From sequence record SRR31156797_986: a DNA stretch of 64,000 nt. One strand, given 5' to 3'. Below, one piece after another: positions 47,689-56,669 of this stretch. The notes beneath the pieces were generated by a model, which was not told where the DNA came from, did not search any database, and saw nothing but the letters and a program-made list of their open reading frames with translations. The stretch's first letter is position 1. Each line of letters starts with the position of its first letter. The position numbers and the translations under genes were made by a program.

Positions 47689-50379
47689 TTGAAAGCACTG
47701 GATTTTTATAATTACTTTAGAGCATGTTACAAACTCGATTATAAAGAGTTTGTTATTGACAATATTCTGGCTCGAAAGTTTCCCTACAAATGGTTTGTTA
47801 CAAATGAAGAAGAATTGATACATGAAAACCTGCCTCTGATTCCTTACTTCAACAATAAAGTATCAGACCTGGAAAAGGAGATCGAATTACATAAGCTTGA
47901 AAAAAAGTTATTTTATGCTATATTTTTTGTAGTTGGAAGCAACGAAAATCCAATTGTTAAAGACAAACGAATCTGTGCTCCCCTTGTTCTTTTTCCAGCA
48001 AAAATCCGAACTATTGACGATGAGAAGTTTTTGGAAGTTGATCGTAATTCATTCATGATTAACAGGTCTGTACTTTCGAGGCTGGAGCCGAAAAATAATC
48101 TCCTAACAAAAGATTTGTTTGTAAATGAATTATCGACTCTGCTGAGTAGCCAGGGAAATTTTTTCGGGTTAAAAAGTTTGCTTGACAAAAATTTTTTAAA
48201 TCTGGATACCAATGAATTGCCGATCTACCCGGGTGTTTGGTCAGGCGGGGTGATCAGAAAGTTTCTTGCGGAGCATCAATTTCAGGAAAATGCGTATAAG
48301 ATTATTCCCGCAGCAGGAACCATTTTCGTGGAAAAGTCGGAGTCCTCATTCAGGGTTCTCAACGATTTGGCTGAAATGGCTAAAAAGGCCGAATTCAATA
48401 CGGGTTTGTCAGAGCTGTTGAGTGTAAAAGAAAACAGGAAACAATTTGATTTCAGTTACTATAAATCGAGACTCAATGTTGAACAATATCAGGCACTTGT
48501 AAATGCACACAGGTTCTCAAATTCTGTTATCGTTGGCCCACCCGGAACCGGTAAATCCTATACCATCACCACCATTGTGGCTGATGCCGTTGTTAAGAAG
48601 CAATCAGTATTAATAGTTTCAAAAACAAAACAAGCCGTTGAGATTCTCAGGTCGATGCTTCGGGATGAGTTCAAGTTAAAGGACTACCTGATACACACTT
48701 CCGGCACAAATTACAAGGCTAGTCTGAAATCGAAAATTCGAAAATATTTAAGTGGCATAATTGCCAGGCGTAGTGCACCTTTGAATGAAAAGCGAATAGA
48801 AATTCTCTATTCCGAGCTGACATATCTGGAAAAGGAATTTGAGAAATTTATCGACCGTGAGCTGGAACTGAGCGATCTTGAATTTGGTGAAAATTTAAGT
48901 TTTTTTGAAAAGTGGCGGAAATTCTATCTGAAAGATATCAAGCCAAATGGTGAAAAACTTTGGGAGCTGTTCGAACAAAGTGAACTGTTGCTCAAAAAGT
49001 TGGAATCTGAAGTAAACACCTATTCCAGGCGAAAGATACAATCCAATATTAACGCCGGTTCAAGATCGTTCAGAAAGGATATGTCGCTTTTCATGGATGC
49101 CCTTGAATCAAAAAGCTTTACAAAATACAAGCGGTTGTTAAAAGAAGTAAATCATGGAAACATTTTAAAAGTATTCCCGATTTGGCTGGCCAATTTATCA
49201 GATTTGAATGCTGTGCTGCCCATGCAAAAAGAATTGTTCGATCTGGTAATCATTGACGAAGCTACACAATGCGACATCGCTTCTGCATTACCGGCGCTCT
49301 ATAGGGCAAAGCGTGCGATCGTTGTTGGAGACCCAAACCAGCTAAGGCATTATTCCTTTGTATCATCTTCACAACAGATTAGGCTATTGAAAAAGTACAA
49401 TCTGCCTGATGAAAAGATATTTGATTACAGAAACCGCAGCATACTCGATTTTTATATTTCCAGGATCCAGCACCAGGATCAGGTCTCATTTTTAAGGGAG
49501 CATTTCAGGTCTGCTCCATCTTTAATAGAATTTAGCAACAGGCAGTTTTATGACGGGCAAATCGAGGTGATTAAATCCACCCCAAAGCACGTATTGCATA
49601 AGCAGATCGAATTGATTGAAGTAAACGGCAGGCGGAACGAAAAAGGGGTTAATATAAAAGAGGCCGATAAGGTGATTGCCAAATTGGATGACTTAATCCA
49701 TAAATATGATAATGATGAATTCAGGCCATCAATAGGCATAATTTCACCATTTAATGCCCAGGTAACTTACATCAACAAAAGATTAAAGCAGAAATATGAA
49801 TTGGATATACTGAAAAAGTTTAATCTGCTTTGTGGAACACCCTACCATTTTCAGGGATCTGAAAGAGAAATCGTATTGTTATCATTTTGTGTTTGTGATC
49901 ACACGCATCCGGCAGCTTTCAACCATGTAAATAAACCCGAAGTATTAAATGTGGCCATTACCCGCGCTAAATCGTATCAGTATATCTTTCGTTCCGTAAC
50001 GGGTCGCGGCTTAGATAAAGATTCGCTTTTATACCATTATTTCAGGTTCATTAACGAATTTAAATACGGCGATGATGAAAAACTAATACCAGATGAATTT
50101 CAGGATGAGGTGGTGAACGCTTTACAAAATATGGCTGTTGATGAGGTAAGAACCGGTTATCCCGTTGCAGGTAGTTTACTGGATATTTTGATTACAAAAA
50201 ACGGGAGAAATTATTTTATTGATTTGATTGGATACCCGGGCATGTTTAAAGATGCCTTTACAATGGAAAGGTATAAAACACTTGCCAGAACCGGAATCAG
50301 GAGTATGCCGTTGCATTATAGTTTCTGGAAGGAAAATAAGGCCGATGCCATCAAAAAAATCAAGGCATTTATTGCATAG
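47689..50379 (+). CDS. SF1 (DNA2/Upf1-like) helicase with C-terminal restriction-endonuclease-like domain
   Basis: GPPGTGKS, VIIDEATQ, VGDPNQL, LREHFRS, IGIISPF, FQGSERE, LNVAITRAK; C-terminal GYPVAGSLLDILI...FIDLIG. Confidence 0.85.
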   Translation: MKALDFYNYFRACYKLDYKEFVIDNILARKFPYKWFVTNEEELIHENLPLIPYFNNKVSDLEKEIELHKLEKKLFYAIFFVVGSNENPIVKDKRICAPLVLFPAKIRTIDDEKFLEVDRNSFMINRSVLSRLEPKNNLLTKDLFVNELSTLLSSQGNFFGLKSLLDKNFLNLDTNELPIYPGVWSGGVIRKFLAEHQFQENAYKIIPAAGTIFVEKSESSFRVLNDLAEMAKKAEFNTGLSELLSVKENRKQFDFSYYKSRLNVEQYQALVNAHRFSNSVIVGPPGTGKSYTITTIVADAVVKKQSVLIVSKTKQAVEILRSMLRDEFKLKDYLIHTSGTNYKASLKSKIRKYLSGIIARRSAPLNEKRIEILYSELTYLEKEFEKFIDRELELSDLEFGENLSFFEKWRKFYLKDIKPNGEKLWELFEQSELLLKKLESEVNTYSRRKIQSNINAGSRSFRKDMSLFMDALESKSFTKYKRLLKEVNHGNILKVFPIWLANLSDLNAVLPMQKELFDLVIIDEATQCDIASALPALYRAKRAIVVGDPNQLRHYSFVSSSQQIRLLKKYNLPDEKIFDYRNRSILDFYISRIQHQDQVSFLREHFRSAPSLIEFSNRQFYDGQIEVIKSTPKHVLHKQIELIEVNGRRNEKGVNIKEADKVIAKLDDLIHKYDNDEFRPSIGIISPFNAQVTYINKRLKQKYELDILKKFNLLCGTPYHFQGSEREIVLLSFCVCDHTHPAAFNHVNKPEVLNVAITRAKSYQYIFRSVTGRGLDKDSLLYHYFRFINEFKYGDDEKLIPDEFQDEVVNALQNMAVDEVRTGYPVAGSLLDILITKNGRNYFIDLIGYPGMFKDAFTMERYKTLARTGIRSMPLHYSFWKENKADAIKKIKAFIA

Positions 50380-50384
50380 CTTGA

Positions 50385-50876
50385 TTATTGCTTCAAATCA
50401 ATCCCCATCAAATACCCACTCACCGGCCCATAATTAAAAAGCACTTCACCACCTTCCGCACATTTTTCATACAGGTCTTTGTCAACCCGGTATCGCGTAT
50501 GGTCAACGATAATGCTGTATTTATCAAAAGGTTTGCCTTTATCTCCAATCCATAATGTACCACTTCCGGCTTCAAAATCAACCTTGTTTTCCTTTTTATC
50601 AACAATTTTAGCTTCAACCTTTTTTTCGCCATTCCTGATGTCGGTGTAATATTTGTTGTTTATCACAAAACTCAGGAACAAAGAAATAATGAGAAATCCA
50701 AAGGCGATGACGGCGGTCATTTCCGGGTCGATGCCGGATTCGGGATGAAAGTATAGTTCATACATTAAACCAATGAATAAACTTCCAATGAGAAACAACA
50801 TCGTTGGCAGAATATATCCCATCCGGCATTGGTGGCGAAGTTCTTGAATATCCTGATCAGTAAGAGCTCTGCGCAT
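50385..50876 (-). CDS. Hypothetical membrane protein (2 TM)
   Basis: Two hydrophobic helices plus soluble C-terminus; ATG at 50876 preferred because the upstream TTG lies in the tnaA terminator. Confidence 0.65.
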   Translation of the reverse strand: MRRALTDQDIQELRHQCRMGYILPTMLFLIGSLFIGLMYELYFHPESGIDPEMTAVIAFGFLIISLFLSFVINNKYYTDIRNGEKKVEAKIVDKKENKVDFEAGSGTLWIGDKGKPFDKYSIIVDHTRYRVDKDLYEKCAEGGEVLFNYGPVSGYLMGIDLKQ

Positions 50877-50897
50877 CGGATAATATTTAAAGTTATT

Positions 50898-50927
50898 AAG
50901 CACCCGGAAGGGATTCCGGATGCTTTT
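50898..50927 (-). terminator. Hairpin after tnaA
   Basis: AAGCACCCGGAA-GGGA-TTCCGGATGCTT. Confidence 0.6.
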
Positions 50928-50935
50928 ACACTTAT

Positions 50936-52336
50936 TTACGCATGCGCTTTCACTTCAGACTTAACCCTATCCAACTCCACGGTAAAGTGCCGCATGATCG
51001 GTGCTTCCTTCATGATTTTTACCCCGGTCTTAATTTGGTTCCGGCGTTCGTAAACGTTGCCCATGGTAGCAGCTACGTATTCCATGTGGTTGTTGGTGTA
51101 GACTCTTCTTGGAATAGTCAGTCTCAGTAACTCAAGGTCCGGGTAGCGGTTTTCGCGGGTGATGGGATCACGGTCGGCAAGAATAGCACCAATTTCCACA
51201 CCACGAACGCCGCCCTCAAGGTAGGCTTCAATTCCTAAGGTTTGTGCAGCGAACTGCTCTTTGGGCAGGTGTGGCAGAAAACGTTTTGCATCCACAAAAA
51301 TGGCATGCCCTCCAAAAGGTTCCTGCACAGGAACCCCAAAGTCTTTGAGCCGTTGTCCCAGGAAGGCTACCTGACGGATGCGGGTGTCGAGGTATTCAAA
51401 TTCAGTGCCTTCATCCAATCCTTGCGCCAGCGCATTCATATCACGGCCTGACATTCCGCCATAGGTGATAAATCCCTCAAACATGATGTTGTAGGTCTGG
51501 GAACGCTTCCAGAGTTCTTCTTCCTTAAACCCGATAAACCCACCCATGTTCACGATCGCATCCTTCTTGCTACTCATGGTCATAGCATCAGCATACTGGT
51601 ACATCTCAAGCACAATCTCCTTAATGGATTTATTTTCATACCCAGGTTCACGCAATTTGATGAAATAGGCATTTTCGGCAAATCGTGCGGAATCGAAAAC
51701 CACACGGATGCCATAATTCTGCGCCAGTTCATAAACCTCTTTCATGTTCCGGAGTGAAACCGGCTGGCCGCCCGAAGAGTTACAGGTAACTGTTACAATT
51801 ATCATCGGGATCCTTTCGCGGGGATACTTTTTCAGGATTTCTTCCAGCTTATGGAGGTCGAGGTTTCCCTTGAAAGGGTGATAAACCTGTGTGTCGAAAG
51901 CTTCATCGATGGTGCAATCCACCGCAGAGGCACGGCGAAATTCGATGTGTCCTTTGGTTGTGTCGAAATGGGAGTTTCCCGGAACAATATCACCTTCTTT
52001 CACCAGCGCCGAAAAAAGCACATTTTCTGCTGCACGTCCCTGGTGGGTAGGTAAAAAATATTCGAATCCAAGAATTTCCTGGATGGCATGCTTCATTTTG
52101 TAGTACGAAGATGCGCCTGCATAACTTTCGTCGCCCAGCATCATCTCCGACCATTGTTTGTCGCTCATGGCACCGGTGCCAGAGTCGGTGAGCAGGTCAA
52201 TAAAAACCTGGCTGCTCCTGAGGTTGAAGAGATTATATTTTGCGGCTTTAAGCCATTGTTCGCGTTCTTCACGGGTGCTTTTCCTGATGGTTTCTACCAT
52301 CTTTATTTTAAAAGATTCTGCAAATGGTAAATCCAT
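50936..52336 (-). CDS. tnaA: Tryptophanase (beta-eliminating lyase)
   Basis: IDLLTDSGT, GDESYAG, THQGRAAE, MSSKKD PLP lysine; FDTT, VEIG and MRHFT are tryptophanase-type rather than tyrosine phenol-lyase-type (FTTT, MERG, LRFFT). Confidence 0.9.
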   Translation of the reverse strand: MDLPFAESFKIKMVETIRKSTREEREQWLKAAKYNLFNLRSSQVFIDLLTDSGTGAMSDKQWSEMMLGDESYAGASSYYKMKHAIQEILGFEYFLPTHQGRAAENVLFSALVKEGDIVPGNSHFDTTKGHIEFRRASAVDCTIDEAFDTQVYHPFKGNLDLHKLEEILKKYPRERIPMIIVTVTCNSSGGQPVSLRNMKEVYELAQNYGIRVVFDSARFAENAYFIKLREPGYENKSIKEIVLEMYQYADAMTMSSKKDAIVNMGGFIGFKEEELWKRSQTYNIMFEGFITYGGMSGRDMNALAQGLDEGTEFEYLDTRIRQVAFLGQRLKDFGVPVQEPFGGHAIFVDAKRFLPHLPKEQFAAQTLGIEAYLEGGVRGVEIGAILADRDPITRENRYPDLELLRLTIPRRVYTNNHMEYVAATMGNVYERRNQIKTGVKIMKEAPIMRHFTVELDRVKSEVKAHA

Positions 52337-52401
52337 GATCATTAATTTTAAAAATGAATAAATACAAATAGTCTGGCCGGATGGCCTTTGCGATCGGGAG
52401 A

Positions 52402-52485
52402 TTAGCAGTAATGGAAAGCGTCCCTGTTTTTGATGTTCAGGTAAACCCGTGTACTTTTTATACTTAAAAGTTCAAATAAACCCAT
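52402..52485 (-). CDS. Putative TnaC-like leader peptide MGLFELLSIKSTRVYLNIKNRDAFHYC (27 aa)
   Basis: Manual translation; lies between a TAnnTTTG promoter box and tnaA; A at -3. Confidence 0.6.
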   Translation of the reverse strand: MGLFELLSIKSTRVYLNIKNRDAFHYC

Positions 52486-52507
52486 AGTGATGAATTTTTT
52501 GACGCCA

Positions 52508-52515
52508 CAAAAATA
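52508..52515 (-). promoter_or_regulatory. -7 promoter box for leader-tnaA transcript
   Basis: TATTTTTG on minus strand, 22 nt upstream of the leader ATG. Confidence 0.65.
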
Positions 52516-52532
52516 ATAAACTTTTTCGCGTC

Positions 52533-52564
52533 AATTGCAACCCTTACTTTTATAGCCTGTCATT
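52533..52564 (+). promoter_or_regulatory. Putative ECF sigma-dependent promoter (AATTGCAACC-N13-CCTGTCATT)
   Basis: AAC-containing -35 and GTC-containing -10; identical boxes and spacing at 55078-55109. Confidence 0.75.
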
Positions 52565-52725
52565 GTGAGTGTAAATATTGAAGAAGTAATGCGTTTATTG
52601 TGGTGAGGTTGGAGTTATTGATGGGACTGGATACTGACAACTACAATATTTACAGATCGATGAACAGAGAAATGGGAGCACAAGGATAGGCGCTCTGAAT
52701 CAAGGATCAGCAAAGCGGAACAACA

Positions 52726-53283
52726 TTGCAAACGGAGATACATAAGGATATCATCGAGAAGAGTAAGCGGGGAAATGCGCAGGCGCAATACAAGCTGTAC
52801 AACCAGTACGCACGGGCCATGTACAATATCTGTGTGCGTATGATGAATTCTCGCGAGGAAGCCGAGGACATGCTGCAGGAATCCTTCTCGCATGCGTTTG
52901 CCAAGTTACACACCTTCAGGTACGAATCCACTTTTGGGGCGTGGATCAAGCGGATCGTGATCAACAAATGTATCAACGAAATCAACCGCCGCAAAGTTGA
53001 CCTGGCATTCATCGATGACATGCACTATTTCGAAGGGGAAGAGGAAAAATTAAAAGACAACGATTTTGAGGATATGCTGAACGTGCAGAACATCAAAAAA
53101 GCGATGGAGCACCTGCCTAAGGGGAGCAGGATGATCTTCTCGCTTTATCTGCTCGAAGGGTATGATCATGTGGAGATTTCGGAGATTCTCAACATTTCGG
53201 AGTCCAATTCAAAATCACAATATATGCGTGCAAAACGCAAAATCAAAGAGGTATTAACGAACATGCAATCACAGGAGATATAG
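52726..53283 (+). CDS. ECF RNA polymerase sigma factor
   Basis: AEDMLQESF, FGAWIKRIVIN, LEGYDHVEISEILNISESNSKSQY. Confidence 0.93.
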   Translation: MQTEIHKDIIEKSKRGNAQAQYKLYNQYARAMYNICVRMMNSREEAEDMLQESFSHAFAKLHTFRYESTFGAWIKRIVINKCINEINRRKVDLAFIDDMHYFEGEEEKLKDNDFEDMLNVQNIKKAMEHLPKGSRMIFSLYLLEGYDHVEISEILNISESNSKSQYMRAKRKIKEVLTNMQSQEI

Positions 53284-53285
53284 CA

Positions 53286-53858
53286 ATGAAAAAGGATAAA
53301 CTGGAAAAATTTATGGTGGATCACCGGGACGAATTCGATGAGTTCGAACCGAATCCTGCACTTTTTGATAGGGTGAAAATACGCAAATCAAGAATATTTT
53401 TCGGCAAATGGAACAACACTGCGTGGAAAGCAGCAGCGGCTGTAGCCATTTTCATTGCATCCTATTTCTTTCACGATTTGGTGAATGCTCCCCAAACGCC
53501 TGAGTTGGCCAATGTTGAGGAGCAGGCCGAACATCCATCCGAGATATTTAAGATGCTTATGGAAGCCGAGATGTATTACACATCCCAGATCAACTCAAAA
53601 AAGGAAGAGTTTTATTACCTCTCTTCGGATTATCCTGAAATCCAGCAGGAAATAAATTACGAACTGGTGGAACTAGACAGTGTTTATGCCGAACTAAAAC
53701 GCGATTTAAAAGACAATGCCGCCAATGAGGAAGTGATCGAAGCCATGATTCAGAACTATCGCATAAAACTCGATATTCTCGAAGATGTATTACAGCAAAT
53801 GAATGCCGCAAATAAAGATGATAACGGAAAGGAGGAAATCCATGAGATTGAATTGTAA
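53286..53858 (+). CDS. Putative membrane-anchored anti-sigma factor
   Basis: Directly follows sigma gene; single TM WKAAAAVAIF; helical C-domain. Confidence 0.7.
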   Translation: MKKDKLEKFMVDHRDEFDEFEPNPALFDRVKIRKSRIFFGKWNNTAWKAAAAVAIFIASYFFHDLVNAPQTPELANVEEQAEHPSEIFKMLMEAEMYYTSQINSKKEEFYYLSSDYPEIQQEINYELVELDSVYAELKRDLKDNAANEEVIEAMIQNYRIKLDILEDVLQQMNAANKDDNGKEEIHEIEL

Positions 53859-54942
53859 AATAACACTCCTTATTGCCATTGCCCTTGCGCTCAGGCTAAA
53901 TGTTGCCGGGCAAACGTACGAACGAACCCGGGAGGTGGGTAAAGCTTTTGCCATAAAACCGAACACCGAAATCCAGATAATTAATAAATACGGAAACATC
54001 CATGTGGTGAATTGGGAAAAGGATTCTGTGAAGTTTGAAATTGAACTTGTGGTGAAGGGAAATAAGCAGTCCAAAATCCAGAAAAACTACGATATGGTTG
54101 ACTTCGAGTTTACCCAAACGGATTATTATGTGGTGGCTCAAACCATGTTCGATAGCAACAAAGGGGCTTTTTGGGATGAGGTTAGTGACCTGGCCAGCAC
54201 CATTTTCAGCGGAAGCAACCGCACACAAATTAACTACAAGGTGTATATGCCCTCAACCTGTCCAATCAAAGTTGAGAATAAATTTGGCAATGTGTACATC
54301 GGCGAGCAAAATGCCAGGGCAGATATTGTTATATCCAATGGCGACCTGAAGGCCGGAAAATTTCACCAGGATTTACAACTGGAAATTGATTTTGGAAATG
54401 TTGGGATCCGTTCCATGAAAAGTGCAGATATCATTGCCGGCTATGCAGAGTTTGATGTGAAGAAAGCCGGAAATCTGAACATCGAAAGTAAATCCTCAAC
54501 CTTTGAATTTGGTGATGTGGATGAATTGCAAATTGACTCCAGGCGCGATAAGTTTACCATCGAAGAGTTGGAAAGCGTGAAAGGCAAATTGTCGTTTTCC
54601 GATTTGAAAATTGAATATTTCACAACCCAGAGCATGCTGAATGCCGATTACGGGTCGATAGATTTTCAGTCAGTGGCCGAAGAATTTAGCATGATCAGGA
54701 TAGATGCAAAATACACCGACATCGACCTGAATTTTGAAGGAAATGCAGCTTACCAACTCGACTTGATGTATTCGGAAAAAACGGGCGTGTCGTTGCCTCA
54801 CGGAGCTACAGGTTTTGAAGAAGTTGATGTGAAGGGCGATGAGGAGTTTACACACACTAAGGGCACTGTTGGGGAGGGTTCCGGACTTCCTGTTGTTGAA
54901 ATAAAAATCGAATCCGGACATATTTTTATCACCAATTATTAG
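53842..54942 (+). CDS. DUF4097/adhesin-like beta-strand repeat protein
   Basis: INKYGNIHV, ENKFGNVY repeats; signal peptide; overlaps upstream stop. Confidence 0.7.
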   Translation: MRLNCKITLLIAIALALRLNVAGQTYERTREVGKAFAIKPNTEIQIINKYGNIHVVNWEKDSVKFEIELVVKGNKQSKIQKNYDMVDFEFTQTDYYVVAQTMFDSNKGAFWDEVSDLASTIFSGSNRTQINYKVYMPSTCPIKVENKFGNVYIGEQNARADIVISNGDLKAGKFHQDLQLEIDFGNVGIRSMKSADIIAGYAEFDVKKAGNLNIESKSSTFEFGDVDELQIDSRRDKFTIEELESVKGKLSFSDLKIEYFTTQSMLNADYGSIDFQSVAEEFSMIRIDAKYTDIDLNFEGNAAYQLDLMYSEKTGVSLPHGATGFEEVDVKGDEEFTHTKGTVGEGSGLPVVEIKIESGHIFITNY

Positions 54943-54994
54943 CCTGACGTATTTAAATTAGGATGTTATTACAAAAAATTAAAATAGTGCATGC

Positions 54995-55075
54995 TAACCC
55001 TGACTGGGCAAAATCAAAATTGATTTTGACTACGTCAGAGAATAATTCACAAAGGTTTGTGAATTATTCGGGTTA
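54995..55075. repeat. Branched palindromic element (closing stem plus two hairpins)
   Basis: TAACCC...GGGTTA enclosing CAAAATCA/TGATTTTG and perfect GAATAATTCACAAA/TTTGTGAATTATTC. Confidence 0.75.
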
Positions 55076-55077
55076 AA

Positions 55078-55109
55078 AATTGCAACCTTTAAAAAAATCA
55101 CCTGTCATT
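55078..55109 (+). promoter_or_regulatory. Second copy of ECF promoter motif
   Basis: AATTGCAACC-TTTAAAAAAATCA-CCTGTCATT. Confidence 0.75.
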
Positions 55110-55125
55110 AATGTCGAACTATCAA

Positions 55126-55641
55126 ATGAAGAAATTTATGAGACTCATATTTACCCTCGTTCTTTTTTTGTTGATCAAAACAGCTCAACCGCAGGAAGTG
55201 GTTCAGTCCATTGGCTTACGCGCCGGTGGAGGTAGTGGGGTGGCCTACAAATACATCGAAGATTATAATTATGCCTTCGAAGGCATTTTAAGTTACCGCG
55301 ATAATGGGTTCCAGGTTACCGGCCTTTGGGAAAGGTATAAGCCATTCATGACCGATCGCATCCGGAACTTTTATTCCTATTGGGGATTGGGAGCACATGC
55401 AGGTTATATCAGGGCCAGAGAGCAATTCTGTGTTTCTACTCCTGATGGCTGCGAGCTTTATGAAAGCCGGCGTACAAAAGTCATTGGCGGTTTTGATGCT
55501 GCTCTGGGGTTTGAGTACCAGTTTTATTCAACGCCATTGGCCATTAGCCTGGATTATAAACCTTACGTTGAATTTTTTGGAGAAGACTTTTTCAGGATCG
55601 ACTTCTGGAATTTTGGATTGACATTTAAGTACACTTTTTAG
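55126..55641 (+). CDS. Small outer-membrane beta-barrel protein
   Basis: Signal peptide, IGLRAG, ISLDYKP, C-terminal KYTF. Confidence 0.75.
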   Translation: MKKFMRLIFTLVLFLLIKTAQPQEVVQSIGLRAGGGSGVAYKYIEDYNYAFEGILSYRDNGFQVTGLWERYKPFMTDRIRNFYSYWGLGAHAGYIRAREQFCVSTPDGCELYESRRTKVIGGFDAALGFEYQFYSTPLAISLDYKPYVEFFGEDFFRIDFWNFGLTFKYTF

Positions 55642-55668
55642 AAACGAAAACTTTAAAAATTTCGCAAT

Positions 55669-56331
55669 ATGAAAAAACTAATTTTAACAATGATCGTAAT
55701 GCTTGCAGTGGCTGCAGGCTTTGCACAGGACAAATCAGGATCGCAGGAAATGCGAACACTTTTTGGTAACAACGACAAAGTGATCCATGGCGGCTATGGT
55801 GCGCTCAATGTTGAATACACCCAGATTGATAATAAAGATGCTGTATTGGTTGGTGGACGTGGTGGCTGGATTATCAATCACAGGCTGGCCCTTGGAATTG
55901 GAGGTAAAGGAATTGCAAGTTCCATATCCTATCCTTACGAACAGGCAAGTAGCCAGTTTAAAGAAAAATACTACCTCAATGGAGGGTATGGTGGTTTGCT
56001 GATCGAACCGATTATTGCACCTTTTTCACCTGTACATATTAGTATCCCGATACTGGTTGGAGCCGGTGGGGTGGCTTACAGTTTGAAATACAAATACCAG
56101 AACGACTGGGAAAACAGCTACTGGGAAACCATTGATGCTTCTGCATTTTTTGTTGTAGAACCCGGACTGGAAATCAACCTGAACCTGGTGAAGTTTATGC
56201 GGATATCTTTCGGTGGGTATTACAGGATTACATCCGGATTGAGTCTGGATGATCCGTTTGGCGAAAAAGCCAGCAGCGATCTGCTAAACGGTTTCTCCGC
56301 AGGTATGTCGTTGAAGTTTGGAAAGTTCTAA
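55669..56331 (+). CDS. Outer-membrane beta-barrel protein
   Basis: Signal peptide, GGRGGWIINH, GYGGLLIE, C-terminal LKFGKF. Confidence 0.75.
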   Translation: MKKLILTMIVMLAVAAGFAQDKSGSQEMRTLFGNNDKVIHGGYGALNVEYTQIDNKDAVLVGGRGGWIINHRLALGIGGKGIASSISYPYEQASSQFKEKYYLNGGYGGLLIEPIIAPFSPVHISIPILVGAGGVAYSLKYKYQNDWENSYWETIDASAFFVVEPGLEINLNLVKFMRISFGGYYRITSGLSLDDPFGEKASSDLLNGFSAGMSLKFGKF

Positions 56332-56403
56332 TCATTCCGACTATTCCAGGGTGCCTGGTCCGAGAAATTTGTAGATTACAACACTTGTGGCAACCAAATT
56401 CCA

Positions 56404-56433
56404 ACTGCTGACTGCCTACTGGAAACTGCCCAC
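56404..56433 (+). repeat. Four ACTGnnn heptamers
   Basis: ACTGCTG ACTGCCT ACTGGAA ACTGCCC. Confidence 0.65.
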
Positions 56434-56464
56434 GACATTAAAAAAAATGGTTAATCATTTAACC

Positions 56465-56514
56465 AAATTCCGATTGCTGATCAATCCCGGTAGCGCAAGT
56501 TGCCGGGATTTTTT
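56465..56514 (+). repeat. Left 50-bp direct repeat containing a terminator hairpin
   Basis: AAATTCCGATTGCTGATCAATCCCGGTAGCGCAAGTTGCCGGGATTTTTT; 47/50 identical to 63489-63538. Confidence 0.9.
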
Positions 56515-56536
56515 GATTTTTGTTTTGGGTTATGGT

Positions 56537-56669
56537 TGGCAACGGATTGCGGGTAAGAATTGGCGGGGATTTCATCCTGTTTCGTTATCACCCCTTGAAC
56601 AACATTACTAAGATAATAATTAGTCAGTAAACCACAAAAACCCCGCATATTTTTGACCCGCTGTTATAA
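56537..56669 (-). other. attC-like recombination site
   Basis: Minus strand reads TTATAAC-AGCGGGT(C)AAAAATATGCGGGG...CCCCGCCAATTCTTACCCGC-AATCC-GTTGCCA: AAC/GTT ends, long imperfect inverted repeat, one unpaired C. Confidence 0.6.

Noticed and set aside
50936-52336. Tyrosine phenol-lyase assignment
   Set aside because: Diagnostic positions (FDTT, VEIG, RHFT) match tryptophanase
52621-52689. Short uORF upstream of the ECF sigma gene
   Set aside because: No distinguishing features; expected by chance in a long leader
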